Shown: positions 27,533 through 37,336, counted from the first letter of the whole stretch. The stretch is 62,069 nucleotides of DNA, filler included, from 5 parts of 5 records of this genome joined end to end with filler, not necessarily neighbours in it, one strand, 5' to 3'. Notes: generated by a model not told the origin, from the letters alone. Numbers and translations: made by a program.

Positions 27533-30184
27533 TTATTCCAGCCTCAATGCCTTGGTTGGGTTCATATTTGAAACCTTCATGGCTTGAATACTGATGGAAA
27601 TAAAAGTGATCCCAATGATGGACAATCCGGCGGCAATAAATACCAAAGGACCCAGATCAATTTTATACGCAAACTGATCCAACCAGTCCTGTAGGAACCA
27701 CCAGGCGATAGGTGAAGCAATCAGTGTTGCAATCCCAATCAATAGCAGGAATCTTTTGGCAATCAGCAGGACGATGTTGATCGGGGAGGAGCCTAATACC
27801 TTCCGAATCCCAATCTCCTTGAATCGCTTCTGAATGACAAGCTGGGTCAGTGCCAGCAGCCCTAACCAGGCGATAAACAAAGAGAACCCTGCTGCATAGT
27901 TGATAATGGAGCTGTATCGTTGCTCTTCTTTGTATTTCTCATCCAGAATTGCGTTCACGTATTTCATTTCAAAAGGGAGATCTCCCATGGTTGTAATCCA
28001 CGCCTGTTTGATCACATCAGCTTGTTCTGCTGCATTACCAGGTGCCACCTTCACCATAGCAGTGAAAAATTGTGGAGGCCAGACATAAGTGGATAGTCCG
28101 GTTACACCTTCTGCTATGTAATCCACATTAATAGCCAGTGCCAATGGAGCGATCTCGTCACGCAGTGAATTGAAATTAAAGTCTTTAACTACACCAATAA
28201 TCTCATGACTTTTCTGGAAATTTTTACCTGGAATTTGCTGACCCAATGCGCTTTCCCATCCCATCTTTTCAACTAATGCCTCATTCACAATAATGACCTT
28301 TCCTGAATCATCCTCTCTGAAATCTCTGCCGTCGATCAGTTCCAGCTGCATTGTTTTCAGGTAGTCAGACGATACACGATTAAAGTTGATTCTCAATACC
28401 GAGCCGTCTTCCTGATCAAAACCCAACTCTGTCCAAGGGTATTGCATAGTGGTCATGACAGCTGCAGCACTTAGCACTTCCGGATGACTTGACAGTTCAT
28501 TTCTGAATCGATCAAAGATGTTTATAGCACCTTCATCATCCACATTGGTGGGTAAGTCAATTTCCACTAGTTCATTTTTGTCAAATCCCAATGACTTATT
28601 TCCCAGGTAGTTCATTTGATTTTTAAAAACAATGGTCCCTACGATCAATCCGATGCAAAAAGTAAACTGGATCACTACCATGGCATTTCTAACCAGACCT
28701 CCCTTGATGGTAACTTCCCCTTTCAATGCATTGGTTGTTTTCAGTTTAAGGATCAATCCTGACGAAAGCAGACTTGAGATTAGTGCAATGGAGCTAATCA
28801 GAATGAAAATGAATCCCAGCAGCTCAAAACTAAGATGGAAGTTCAATGTAGCATTCGTTAGTGCATTGAATACGGGAATGAAATAATAGCTCCCAAGTAA
28901 GGCGAGTAAGCTGGCGATAAATGCCAGTAAAAACACCTCTAGCAATAGTTGAGATGAAAGCTGACGTTTTAATGCGCCAAGTGTTTTTCGCACACCAAAT
29001 TCTTTGATGCGGTTGAATGACTGGCTACTGGTCAGCATGATGAAGTTAAGAATGGCGATCACCAATACCAGCACGGCCAACCCAATCAGGATATAAACAT
29101 AATCAGGGTTGTAATGCTCTGTTTCTCCTTGCTCGTCAAAGTCATTACTTCGCCAATAGAGTGTGGAGATGGGTTGTAGTTTGATACGAACAATGTCATC
29201 CTCTTCTGTAAGTTGAGCAACGCGCTTGTACATATCCGTCATCAATTGCTCCTGACCAATGATGTCTTCGTTGGAATCCAGTTGGACGAATGTTTCCAGG
29301 TAGGAGACATTGTAGGTATTGAGGAAAGAGGGATCGGATATCATTTTATCCAGATAATCCATGTGAATGACCAGCTCAAATGGAATACTGTTTAATTCGG
29401 TGACCGGATCTACCACTGCGGAAACAAAAAACTTGATCGACTCGTCACCGATGATCACTTCCATTTCTTTACCGATTGGGTTGGACTGGCCAAAATATTT
29501 AGTTGCTGTTTCAGGGCTAATGACTATTTGCGACATGTCCTCAAGAGGCTTTTGCTGATTACCATCCAGTACCGGAAATGAAAACATCTGGAAGAAATCC
29601 GGGTCGACCAATCTCATGCGCTCGTTGAAGGTCTCATTTCCTTTGTTGACGTAGACCGAGCCGGAGAGGAGAGGAGTGATACGTTTTACGGCCGGGATGT
29701 TACTTTTCAGATCGATGGCAAGTTGATTACTGGCGGTGCTGTTTCGGCCCAACAGTTCATTGGTATCACGATTGTATCGTTCTTTGATCACACGATACAG
29801 GTTTTCATGGTTTTCGTGAAAACGGTCATGCTGGATGGCATTTTGAACATAGAAGAACACCAGCAAGCCAAACAAAATACTCATGGCGAGCCCCAGTATG
29901 TTGATGGTAGTGTAGAATTTGTACTTACGCATGTTGCGCAAGGCAAGTAGTAAATTGATTCTGATCATAGCACTGTTTATTAATTGAGTTTTTGAGTTTC
30001 TAAATAAAATGCCCGGTCGAAAGAACCGGAAAATGTTCCAGATTAGTCGACGTTTTGCCCGCCCTCGTGAAAAGCGCTCTAGATCAACCAGGTATTGTTC
30101 CCATACATCGCCAATAATGCCTTCGGCGAGGCGTGGAGGACAATAAAAGTTGATGATCCGGATGACCCAGCGAGCAGGCTCCAT
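27533..30184 (-). CDS. duplicated MacB/FtsX ABC permease with N-terminal permease-prefix domain
   Basis: AEGIIGDVWEQY prefix; two FtsX halves (RIKEFGVRKTLGA, RFKEIGIRKVLGS). Confidence 0.92.
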   Translation of the reverse strand: MEPARWVIRIINFYCPPRLAEGIIGDVWEQYLVDLERFSRGRAKRRLIWNIFRFFRPGILFRNSKTQLINSAMIRINLLLALRNMRKYKFYTTINILGLAMSILFGLLVFFYVQNAIQHDRFHENHENLYRVIKERYNRDTNELLGRNSTASNQLAIDLKSNIPAVKRITPLLSGSVYVNKGNETFNERMRLVDPDFFQMFSFPVLDGNQQKPLEDMSQIVISPETATKYFGQSNPIGKEMEVIIGDESIKFFVSAVVDPVTELNSIPFELVIHMDYLDKMISDPSFLNTYNVSYLETFVQLDSNEDIIGQEQLMTDMYKRVAQLTEEDDIVRIKLQPISTLYWRSNDFDEQGETEHYNPDYVYILIGLAVLVLVIAILNFIMLTSSQSFNRIKEFGVRKTLGALKRQLSSQLLLEVFLLAFIASLLALLGSYYFIPVFNALTNATLNFHLSFELLGFIFILISSIALISSLLSSGLILKLKTTNALKGEVTIKGGLVRNAMVVIQFTFCIGLIVGTIVFKNQMNYLGNKSLGFDKNELVEIDLPTNVDDEGAINIFDRFRNELSSHPEVLSAAAVMTTMQYPWTELGFDQEDGSVLRINFNRVSSDYLKTMQLELIDGRDFREDDSGKVIIVNEALVEKMGWESALGQQIPGKNFQKSHEIIGVVKDFNFNSLRDEIAPLALAINVDYIAEGVTGLSTYVWPPQFFTAMVKVAPGNAAEQADVIKQAWITTMGDLPFEMKYVNAILDEKYKEEQRYSSIINYAAGFSLFIAWLGLLALTQLVIQKRFKEIGIRKVLGSSPINIVLLIAKRFLLLIGIATLIASPIAWWFLQDWLDQFAYKIDLGPLVFIAAGLSIIGITFISISIQAMKVSNMNPTKALRLE

Positions 30185-30517
30185 CTAGATGGTAGAGAAT
30201 TTCAGTCGAGGAATCAGCGACCATAGCTCCTGACGCTGCTCTTTCAATACCTGGAGCATTTCAAGGCCTGCATTGGTGACTGAGAAAATTCGCTTTCTTC
30301 GGCCTCCACGCATATTGGAGACGCCCCCCATTTCTGAAGTCACATAGCCTTTGTCTTCCATTCGGTAAAGGGTCACATGCACGGCGCTAAGATTCACCTC
30401 ACGGCCAATCTTCTGCTGGATTTCTTCTACAATAGCATTGCCATATGCATTCTCGCCGAGGAGCGCCACCATGGTCAAGACCAGTTCTTCGAATTCGCCC
30501 AGGTATTCCTTTTTCAT
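30185..30517 (-). CDS. PadR family transcriptional regulator
   Basis: LGEFEELVL, AYG, AVHVTLYRMEDKGYV, RGGRRKRIF; abuts the permease start. Confidence 0.93.
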   Translation of the reverse strand: MKKEYLGEFEELVLTMVALLGENAYGNAIVEEIQQKIGREVNLSAVHVTLYRMEDKGYVTSEMGGVSNMRGGRRKRIFSVTNAGLEMLQVLKEQRQELWSLIPRLKFSTI

Positions 30518-30531
30518 AGTAGTCCTATTAT

Positions 30532-30582
30532 TATATACTTTGTCAAAGATATACGCATTTGTATATACTTTGTTATAGAAAT
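30532..30582. promoter_or_regulatory. putative PadR operators (two TATATACTTTGT copies, each an imperfect palindrome)
   Basis: Direct repeat at 30532 and 30562, immediately upstream of padR. Confidence 0.5.
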
Positions 30583-30637
30583 AATCAAAAAGGTTTTTTG
30601 AAGCCTTAAATCAGGTGTTTAGAAGGAATTTGAAGGG

Positions 30638-32467
30638 CTAAAGGCTTTCCGCGAAAGCGGTAAAGACAGCCATATGTTTCTCCAGATCCATGTTGGGAGA
30701 CAGAGCTACCCTGGCGATGTAATCCTTGTCGCTCTCTTTGGTGGTGCCCTGTGTGGAGGTCGCCGGAATAGTCCAGTAGCACCCTTTTAGCTGACCGTAG
30801 CTCACACAGTATTTGCTTTCATTGGGAATCTCACTGATCATCATATTGATCAGCTTCAGGTTCAATTCCCGCTTGTACTCCTCCTTCTCCTCATGGGTTG
30901 CTCCTTTGGTTGGGAGATCCAATGAAAAGACAGAAGGAGTGAACCCTTCGGCTGCCAGTTCTTCCGAAACGAAGTTGATTTTGGCAGCAGGAAGTTGTTC
31001 CTTGATGAAGTTGACAAATGCTCGTGTGTTGACATAGGCATCCTGAATACGCTTGTTCATGGATGGCATTTGCTCAGCTAGGATGTTCATCTGCAAGTTG
31101 GTAGCTTCATTGTCACAGAGTTGCATGTGCTTCTCAATGGTAGACATCAGTGATGCAGCTCTTTGGTTGGCTACACAATACCCAGCGGTGCATTTTCCAC
31201 CACTCGGGAATTTGGATCCACTCACGTAGGAGATGCTTCGGATTTTGGAGAACATACCGCCTTCTTTCAGGAACTGGATGTTCGGACAGAAGGTCTGATC
31301 CAGGATGAATACCGGATCGATGGCCGTAGCACCGTTTGGTGTTTTGCGTCCTTTGCTAAGGACAGCCTTGAGCTGTTCCAAATCCGGTACTTCCACACGG
31401 GGGTTTGTTGGAATTTCAACAATGATCAATGGTACAGCATCTTCATTGGCTGATTTGTCCAGCACGCGATCAATGCTTTGAACCATGTCATTATCCCCAT
31501 CGACATGCAGATCCACTACTTCTACTGAATCATTACAAGCAGCAACACGTCGGGCCTGATCGTTGGTGCCTCCGTAGCAGTTGGTGGGCACGATGATGTG
31601 GATGTTTTTACCAGGATTGTTCTCCATCGCATCGTCGATGAGTCCCATGGTGATGGCATACTGAACAGATAGCCCGCTCGAACCAACTAACGCAGGGGTG
31701 GAGGTTACGGTGATTTCTTTGATGGATTGGAGCACCACGCTTTTGTCGGCTTCCTGGTTTCCTTTACTTATCTCGCTGGATTTTCCAAGCAGGGTGTTCA
31801 GAGCGGTGAGGCAATCGGCTGGTGTCATGGCGATGGTTTCCCGTCTTCTGACATGTTGAATTTCGGAGATGTATTTCTTGTTGTGCGCGTTGACCAAAAG
31901 GATGCTTCCAAGTCCTTCGTGCAGTTGGATTTGGAAATCTACTTTGGAGGAGGTCTCGGTCGCATGGTCTTCAGAGATGTAGATCACACTCCCATCAAAT
32001 TCCGGAATGACCTCCTCATTCTCCACTTGCATGACGTCAAACGAATAATGGTAAACCCTGCGGATCTCCTCGGCATCAAATCCTTTAGGAAGCCTTCCCT
32101 GATAGGCAACCAGGGTGTTTTTTTGCTCGAACAGGTTCTTTCTCAGGATGGCTAAAACCGGAATGGTTTCGGATGAAAAACAGATGACGTTTTCTGCATC
32201 CAGGTTGTTCAACTTAGCGAGTGTCCACTCGAGTACGGAGGATAGTGGATGCCCCAGACGGATGTAGTCGTACGTCGTAGGTAATTCGATAAGCGCAGAA
32301 GCACTCGGGTTGTTTTGTTGAAACAAGGATTCGAACTGCTCCAGGAATTCCGTCTTGGCTTGACTCTCGTTGTAGATATCCAATCGGTGGGTGGTTAGTT
32401 TCAGCCAATCAGATGGGATGTTGTTCAGTACGTTTTCAACAAAAGAGAGCACAATGCTTTGCTTCAT
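30638..32467 (-). CDS. PLP-dependent enzyme, Cys/Met metabolism (cystathionine lyase/synthase-like) with long N-terminal extension
   Basis: YIRLGHP, SSGLS, CYGGT, EIPTNP, ILDQTF, SGSKFPSGG (PLP lysine). Confidence 0.82.
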   Translation of the reverse strand: MKQSIVLSFVENVLNNIPSDWLKLTTHRLDIYNESQAKTEFLEQFESLFQQNNPSASALIELPTTYDYIRLGHPLSSVLEWTLAKLNNLDAENVICFSSETIPVLAILRKNLFEQKNTLVAYQGRLPKGFDAEEIRRVYHYSFDVMQVENEEVIPEFDGSVIYISEDHATETSSKVDFQIQLHEGLGSILLVNAHNKKYISEIQHVRRRETIAMTPADCLTALNTLLGKSSEISKGNQEADKSVVLQSIKEITVTSTPALVGSSGLSVQYAITMGLIDDAMENNPGKNIHIIVPTNCYGGTNDQARRVAACNDSVEVVDLHVDGDNDMVQSIDRVLDKSANEDAVPLIIVEIPTNPRVEVPDLEQLKAVLSKGRKTPNGATAIDPVFILDQTFCPNIQFLKEGGMFSKIRSISYVSGSKFPSGGKCTAGYCVANQRAASLMSTIEKHMQLCDNEATNLQMNILAEQMPSMNKRIQDAYVNTRAFVNFIKEQLPAAKINFVSEELAAEGFTPSVFSLDLPTKGATHEEKEEYKRELNLKLINMMISEIPNESKYCVSYGQLKGCYWTIPATSTQGTTKESDKDYIARVALSPNMDLEKHMAVFTAFAESL

Positions 32468-32549
32468 GGGGTTGTTTTTGGGTCGACACTAATTTGCGAC
32501 GGCAAAACTATAATGTTGGGAGGGGAAGTGCTATGGGTTGGTTGGGTTA

Positions 32550-33716
32550 TTAGTTTTTAAGTGATTTAAGTTCTTTTTCGAGTTGATCAATTCTAGCCTG
32601 TTGGTTTTGATTTTGCTTGTTCTGCTCGATTAGATAAAGAGTCAATTCTTCTATCTTTTGTAATAGTTTGGCATTCATTTCTCCTAAATTAATTCCGTTT
32701 TCAATGACTTCCGCTGCTGATGGAATTTCAGGAAGGTGTCCATTCTCAATTATATGCTTTTCGACCTCCTCAAGAGTTCTAAGTTTATAATCTTGATTGA
32801 ATACAAAGTCAGACCATCCGCTTGCTTCGACCTTGATTTCCCTGGCACCAATGGAGCCCTCGACCGCAAGTTTGTGGGAACCGGTATCTGTTGTTGCTAT
32901 CCCAACAGCTCCACCCTCTAAAATAATCTTCCCATTGTTACGAGCCCATACGGTAACATTGCCAGTTGGATTGTTAGACCCTCCGGTATTTTCAGCATAT
33001 ATTCCACCTCTATGATGGCCTTGACCACCAAAAGCAACACCAAACCCGGTATTGGATGAACTATTAATCAATAATTGATCTCTCCATGTCGAGCTTTCAA
33101 TGCTTGTATTTATATAGAGAGCATAATTAGAGTGTCCTATTCTCAGCTCTTGAGAATTAGCGCCATATATTACCCCACCCGGCACACTTATGTTAGCATC
33201 ATTGTCAATCTTGAATAGTTCTTTTCTAATAGTCCCGCCGCTTCCATCGTTAACGCCTTTATTAAAAACATATGAACCTCCCCAGTTTCTGATAAACCAG
33301 TCTACTTTGGGAGATCCTGAATTTGTGTTTATCGTTAGATCAACATCAGCGCCATTATTATTAGTTGACTTATCGAACTTTATTGCAAGACCGGCATTAT
33401 CTGAGTCAGCAGTATTTAGATAAAAGTCTCCACTTTTATTGAGTAAAAGGTGATCGGATCCATTAAACCTCCATCGATAATATGCTGAAGCCTGACTCTG
33501 TATATCAAAAATAAAATTATGATTACCGTCTGTTTCATCTTGATTGTATTGGATGAGACCCTCCCTATCATTTACTGTAATTTTAAAATCTTCTCCTGTC
33601 GAGCTATTTCGAGAAATATAGAATGGATTCGCACCAGTTTGCGTATCGATATGGTTTTGACACAAAGCAGTGGTTGAAGTACCAATTATTGCTACGATAA
33701 AAATTAGTCTTTTCAT
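32550..33716 (-). CDS. secreted tail-fibre-like protein with C-terminal peptidase-S74-like chaperone/coiled coil
   Basis: Signal peptide; GAVGIATT..HKLAVEGSIGAREIKVE..WSDFVF..HLPEIPSA..LLQKIEELTLY. Confidence 0.8.
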   Translation of the reverse strand: MKRLIFIVAIIGTSTTALCQNHIDTQTGANPFYISRNSSTGEDFKITVNDREGLIQYNQDETDGNHNFIFDIQSQASAYYRWRFNGSDHLLLNKSGDFYLNTADSDNAGLAIKFDKSTNNNGADVDLTINTNSGSPKVDWFIRNWGGSYVFNKGVNDGSGGTIRKELFKIDNDANISVPGGVIYGANSQELRIGHSNYALYINTSIESSTWRDQLLINSSSNTGFGVAFGGQGHHRGGIYAENTGGSNNPTGNVTVWARNNGKIILEGGAVGIATTDTGSHKLAVEGSIGAREIKVEASGWSDFVFNQDYKLRTLEEVEKHIIENGHLPEIPSAAEVIENGINLGEMNAKLLQKIEELTLYLIEQNKQNQNQQARIDQLEKELKSLKN

Positions 33717-33813
33717 TTCCTAGTTGATTTTAATTGAGAGAGGTTAATTATAATGTTCAATTCACCTTTCAAATATACCTCAATGTGTTGCATTAGAATT
33801 ATAGCTATTATTA

Positions 33814-34026
33814 TTAAACTCTTATCTCATCCTCCACCACATCCAACAACTCAAACAAGAACTTCATGTCCTCAATGAAGCGGCCATAGCCGGGAGGGAG
33901 TTCCTCGCATTCCTCTATTAGGTAGGATAGGAGCAAACCTCTGAGTTGGCGTTTGAATTTAGGAATGTCGACCAGTCCTAAGAAGTCTTCAAAGGCGGTG
34001 ATGGTTTTGGGTGTTAAGGTGGAGGT
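33814..34026 (-). pseudogene. start-less ORF remnant (70 codons) of a hypothetical protein
   Basis: TSTLTPKTITAFEDFLGLVDIPKFKRQLRGLLLSYLIEECEELPPGYGRFIEDMKFLFELLDVVEDEIRV*; in-frame TAA directly upstream and no 5' start codon. Confidence 0.45.
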
Positions 34027-34075
34027 TTAAGAGAATTACTAATGGGATTTTGTGCATTTGATGAGTTATGAGCAA

Positions 34076-34450
34076 CTATGATTCAACAAGTGGATTGAAT
34101 CCTCCATAAATCATTCTACTTGCATCAAATATTAACTTCTCTGGATCAACTAATGGTGCTACAATTTCAGCCATTCTCGAATCTTCCGGAACCTTCGCAT
34201 TGGCAGAATCTCGTATTTCCTTCGAAGGGAAAACAACCCATCCAACGACTATAACTTCGTCCTTATTTACCTTGACGGCATCAATAAATGATCTCGTGCC
34301 CTCCAGTAACAAATCATCGCCGGTAAATTCTTGGTAAGAAATGGCACCATACTCCTTCCATATTCCAGCTACTTTTTGAACAGCTTTTTTGTATTCATCT
34401 AAATGAATTCTAGGGATAGGTAGTGCAAAAGCATCGATATAATTAGCCAT
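34076..34450 (-). CDS. DUF1428 family protein
   Basis: MANYIDAFALPIP...WKEYGA...RDSANAKV..D.RM...FDASRMIYGGF. Confidence 0.9.
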   Translation of the reverse strand: MANYIDAFALPIPRIHLDEYKKAVQKVAGIWKEYGAISYQEFTGDDLLLEGTRSFIDAVKVNKDEVIVVGWVVFPSKEIRDSANAKVPEDSRMAEIVAPLVDPEKLIFDASRMIYGGFNPLVES

Positions 34451-34607
34451 AGTGTATCTGCTTTGAGTATTGACGAATAAACTGTCACATAATTTAGCAT
34501 ATAATGTGTATGACACAAATAAGAAAATTGAAAAGGGGCTCAATTAACCTAACCTAGACATAGCATGCAGCGATACCTTCCTATATTAAATCAATATTGG
34601 CATAGTC

Positions 34608-34755
34608 GTTTGCTATGAAAGCAAACCAAATACGTTAAGGCGTAGCTTAAGCTACGCCAAGGCTCTTCCTCAATGCACCAGAACATTAAAAAAAGGCACT
34701 ACCTAGGCGTAGGTTGTAGCTACGCCTTCTTATATAAAGTCAATCTCCAATTGAC
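34608..34755. repeat. left copy of the RAYT-flanking direct repeat, with REP-like hairpins
   Basis: GTTTGCTATGAAAGCAAACCAAATACGTTAAGGCGTAGC; GGCGTAGC-TTAA-GCTACGCC; AAAAAGGCACTACCTAGGCGTAGGTTGTAGCTACGCCTTC. Confidence 0.85.
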
Positions 34756-35275
34756 TCGACAACCCACTATAATTTCTAGCGCTCGAATACAGATAGTCTT
34801 CTGGATTTTCAACCCATCCGGCACGAACAGGATTCTCATGAATGTAGAGTAATCTTCCTTCAATCATTCGATTGCTTAATAATTCGACAGCATGGTTTTC
34901 ATGTGTCCAAAACTGCTTTTCATTCACTCTTCTGTTGTATTTGGCATGATACCTAAAGACCACATTCATCCATTCTTTTCTACTCTCCCTGAAATTCTTC
35001 TCAATATTGGTTAAGATTTGATTGGAAGTAAATCGCTTAAAATCACGAATGTTATCGGAAAGATTAGCAGCTTTAGCACGAACTATAAGATGAACATGGT
35101 TGGTCATGATTACATAGCCATATAATTCTAATCCTTTGTTTTCGCGACAATACTTTAGACTACCAATGACTATATCCCGATATTCCCTTCTACTGAATAC
35201 ATCCACCCAACCCACAATTTGACAGGTTAGAAAATGCAGCCCTTCCTGATCTTTGATTTGATAACTATCTCCCAT
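34730..35275 (-). mobile_element. REP-associated tyrosine transposase (RAYT; Y1 HUH, IS200-like)
   Basis: HFLTCQIVGWVDVF, YVIMTNHVHLI (HUH), FKRFTS, FW, YIHENPVRAG, YSSA. Confidence 0.92.
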
Positions 35276-35279
35276 GATT

Positions 35280-35515
35280 GTTTGCTATGAAAGCAAACCA
35301 AATACGTTAGGGCGTAGCGGTACTCTCTTAAGTCATAACCTTTTGTCTACTTGTAGAAAGCACATATGAAGGTGTAGCGAACCTGCCTTTGCCGGCAGGC
35401 AGGTGCTACACCTAGTGCACGTTCAATTGAATGTATTCTCTCATTATTAAAAAAGGCACTACCTAGGCGTAGGTTGCACCTACGCCTTCTTATATCATGT
35501 CAATTTCTTATTGAC
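35280..35515. repeat. right copy of the RAYT-flanking direct repeat, with a nested REP and a degenerate RAYT 3' end
   Basis: Same two blocks at 35280-35318 and 35446-35515; AGGTGTAGC...GCTACACCT hairpin containing CCTGCCTTTGCCGGCAGGCAGG. Confidence 0.85.
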
Positions 35516-35550
35516 ATAGTTGTTAACCATGGGAACAAGTCACAAAACAA

Positions 35551-35574
35551 AAAAAAGGCCCTTCCGGGCCTTTT
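35551..35574 (-). terminator. intrinsic terminator of the SPFH gene
   Basis: AAAAAAAGGCCC-TTCC-GGGCCTTTT. Confidence 0.8.
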
Positions 35575-35575
35575 A

Positions 35576-36928
35576 TTAATTATTAAAATTATTACTAGTC
35601 GTCAACTGCTTGGCCATCGCCGCACCGATTAGTGACTCAAGCGGTGTGCTCCCTTTGTCTTCTCCACCGATGATCATGGTTTGCGGGAAGGTCAGTTTGG
35701 AAAGCTCTGCAGCTACCCCCACTGAGGTTTTGTATTCCCACTCCGCACGCTCTTGAGGAGTCAAACCGGCTGTTACCAGCTTCGCGTTCTCGTATGCCTT
35801 TGCATCCGCTGAGACTTTCTTCTGCTGTGCCTTCAACCGTTCGGTCTCCAGGGCAATGGCTGCCAACTCTTTGTTGGTGCGCTCTTGCTTCAGCTTGGTC
35901 TCGATCGCGATCAGCTGCTTCACCTGCTCTTTCTCCTGCGCCACACGCTCACCGGCCTTGTCACGCTCACCTTCAGCAATGATCCTCGCTTGTGCAGCTT
36001 TCGCTGTTTCCACCTTCTGCTGCTCGATCTGACGCTTGGCAGATTCATCACGTTGTGCTTCAAGCCTTTGCTTAAAGATCGGTTCCAGTACCACATCGTC
36101 CACAATGACCTGCGATACGATGATGTTGTTTTCGGTCAACTCGTGAGGGATTCGTTTCGGCAATCCATTCTGCAACACTTTCTCTACTGTGTAGCTGGTC
36201 CGGATTTCCTTGATCGAACGATCCTGATTGCTCTGCTGGATTTCGTTGAACACGGTATCCCTGTGCTCGATCTTGATCACCGCATACGCACCGTCTTTCA
36301 ACTGCTCATCCAACGTCTGACGGAAACTTTGCGCTTCCCCTGAGATGTAGTCCTGTGCGGCGTACATGTAGCCCGTGTTGTTCGTTTGCTCACGAATGGT
36401 CGGGATCAGTGTGTTTTGCACCAGGTTGTCCATCGTACGGTATTTGATCGCCAGTGTGATGAAGTCCTCTTCCACTGTAGGAAGCTGGAATCTACCCGAG
36501 ATTTTGACTTCAGCAGTCACCTGGTCAATGAATCGGATCGGAATGGGATCCATGATCCCTTCAATATCCTTCACCTCATCGCCCGGATCCACGACTTTCA
36601 CGTCGATGTACTTCTGCCATGGTACCACCTTTGCAAATCCCCGGAACTTAATGCCCTGGTTCATTACCACATCACTGTGTCCTGTTGGGTACACGAGGAA
36701 GTACTGGTATCCCGGCTCAGCCCAGAAGAACAGGTAGGGTAGCATAGCTATCATCAAACCTATCCCGGCTATCACCAGCGAAATCCGCTTCGAAAACATC
36801 AAAAGAAATGGCGGAGCTTTTCTCCTCACCAATACGCCATCTTCAAACTGATTCTCATCACTAAGCTGAGGACGTAAGTAAAACATCAATAAACCAAATA
36901 AAATAATTAATACACCGAGTAAAATCAT
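35576..36928 (-). CDS. SPFH/band-7 domain membrane protein with long coiled coil
   Basis: Two N-terminal TM helices, IPIRFIDQVTA, QTLDEQLKDG, EAQ/AK-rich coiled coil. Confidence 0.8.
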   Translation of the reverse strand: MILLGVLIILFGLLMFYLRPQLSDENQFEDGVLVRRKAPPFLLMFSKRISLVIAGIGLMIAMLPYLFFWAEPGYQYFLVYPTGHSDVVMNQGIKFRGFAKVVPWQKYIDVKVVDPGDEVKDIEGIMDPIPIRFIDQVTAEVKISGRFQLPTVEEDFITLAIKYRTMDNLVQNTLIPTIREQTNNTGYMYAAQDYISGEAQSFRQTLDEQLKDGAYAVIKIEHRDTVFNEIQQSNQDRSIKEIRTSYTVEKVLQNGLPKRIPHELTENNIIVSQVIVDDVVLEPIFKQRLEAQRDESAKRQIEQQKVETAKAAQARIIAEGERDKAGERVAQEKEQVKQLIAIETKLKQERTNKELAAIALETERLKAQQKKVSADAKAYENAKLVTAGLTPQERAEWEYKTSVGVAAELSKLTFPQTMIIGGEDKGSTPLESLIGAAMAKQLTTSNNFNN

Positions 36929-37336
36929 AGGTTTTCAAAATTTAAGTGAAACATCTATTTACAATTCGTGTAATCGCTTCAACAAATACACAATTATTTA
37001 AACGGGAGATTATTCCTAAAGGTTACATTTAAATCAGAATTATATTCTGGATATATATTATATGCAGTTTATAATTCTATATATAGTGATATGTAAAGAT
37101 GATTAAGTGGTATATTTTGGATTATTCAAAATATCCAAATATTGTTAATGTGGAAAAGAGGTAATATGCTCAATATGAGCAGATTGCAGGTATTTGGGTT
37201 ATTAGTAGAGTGCAAATGAAAAATACCCAATTCAAACGTTTGAAATCAGCATTTTTCCCTTCCAATCACTACTTTTGCCATCCCCGCTAATAAGCGGTTT
37301 AGCTTTGAAATTTTTAATCCCATAAACCTCAAAAAA

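Noticed and set aside
32550-33716. Prophage
   Set aside because: A single fibre-like gene with a signal peptide; no capsid, terminase or integrase genes
34608-35515. CRISPR array or IS200/IS605 element with TnpB
   Set aside because: Only two copies of each block, no regular spacers, no cas or tnpB gene
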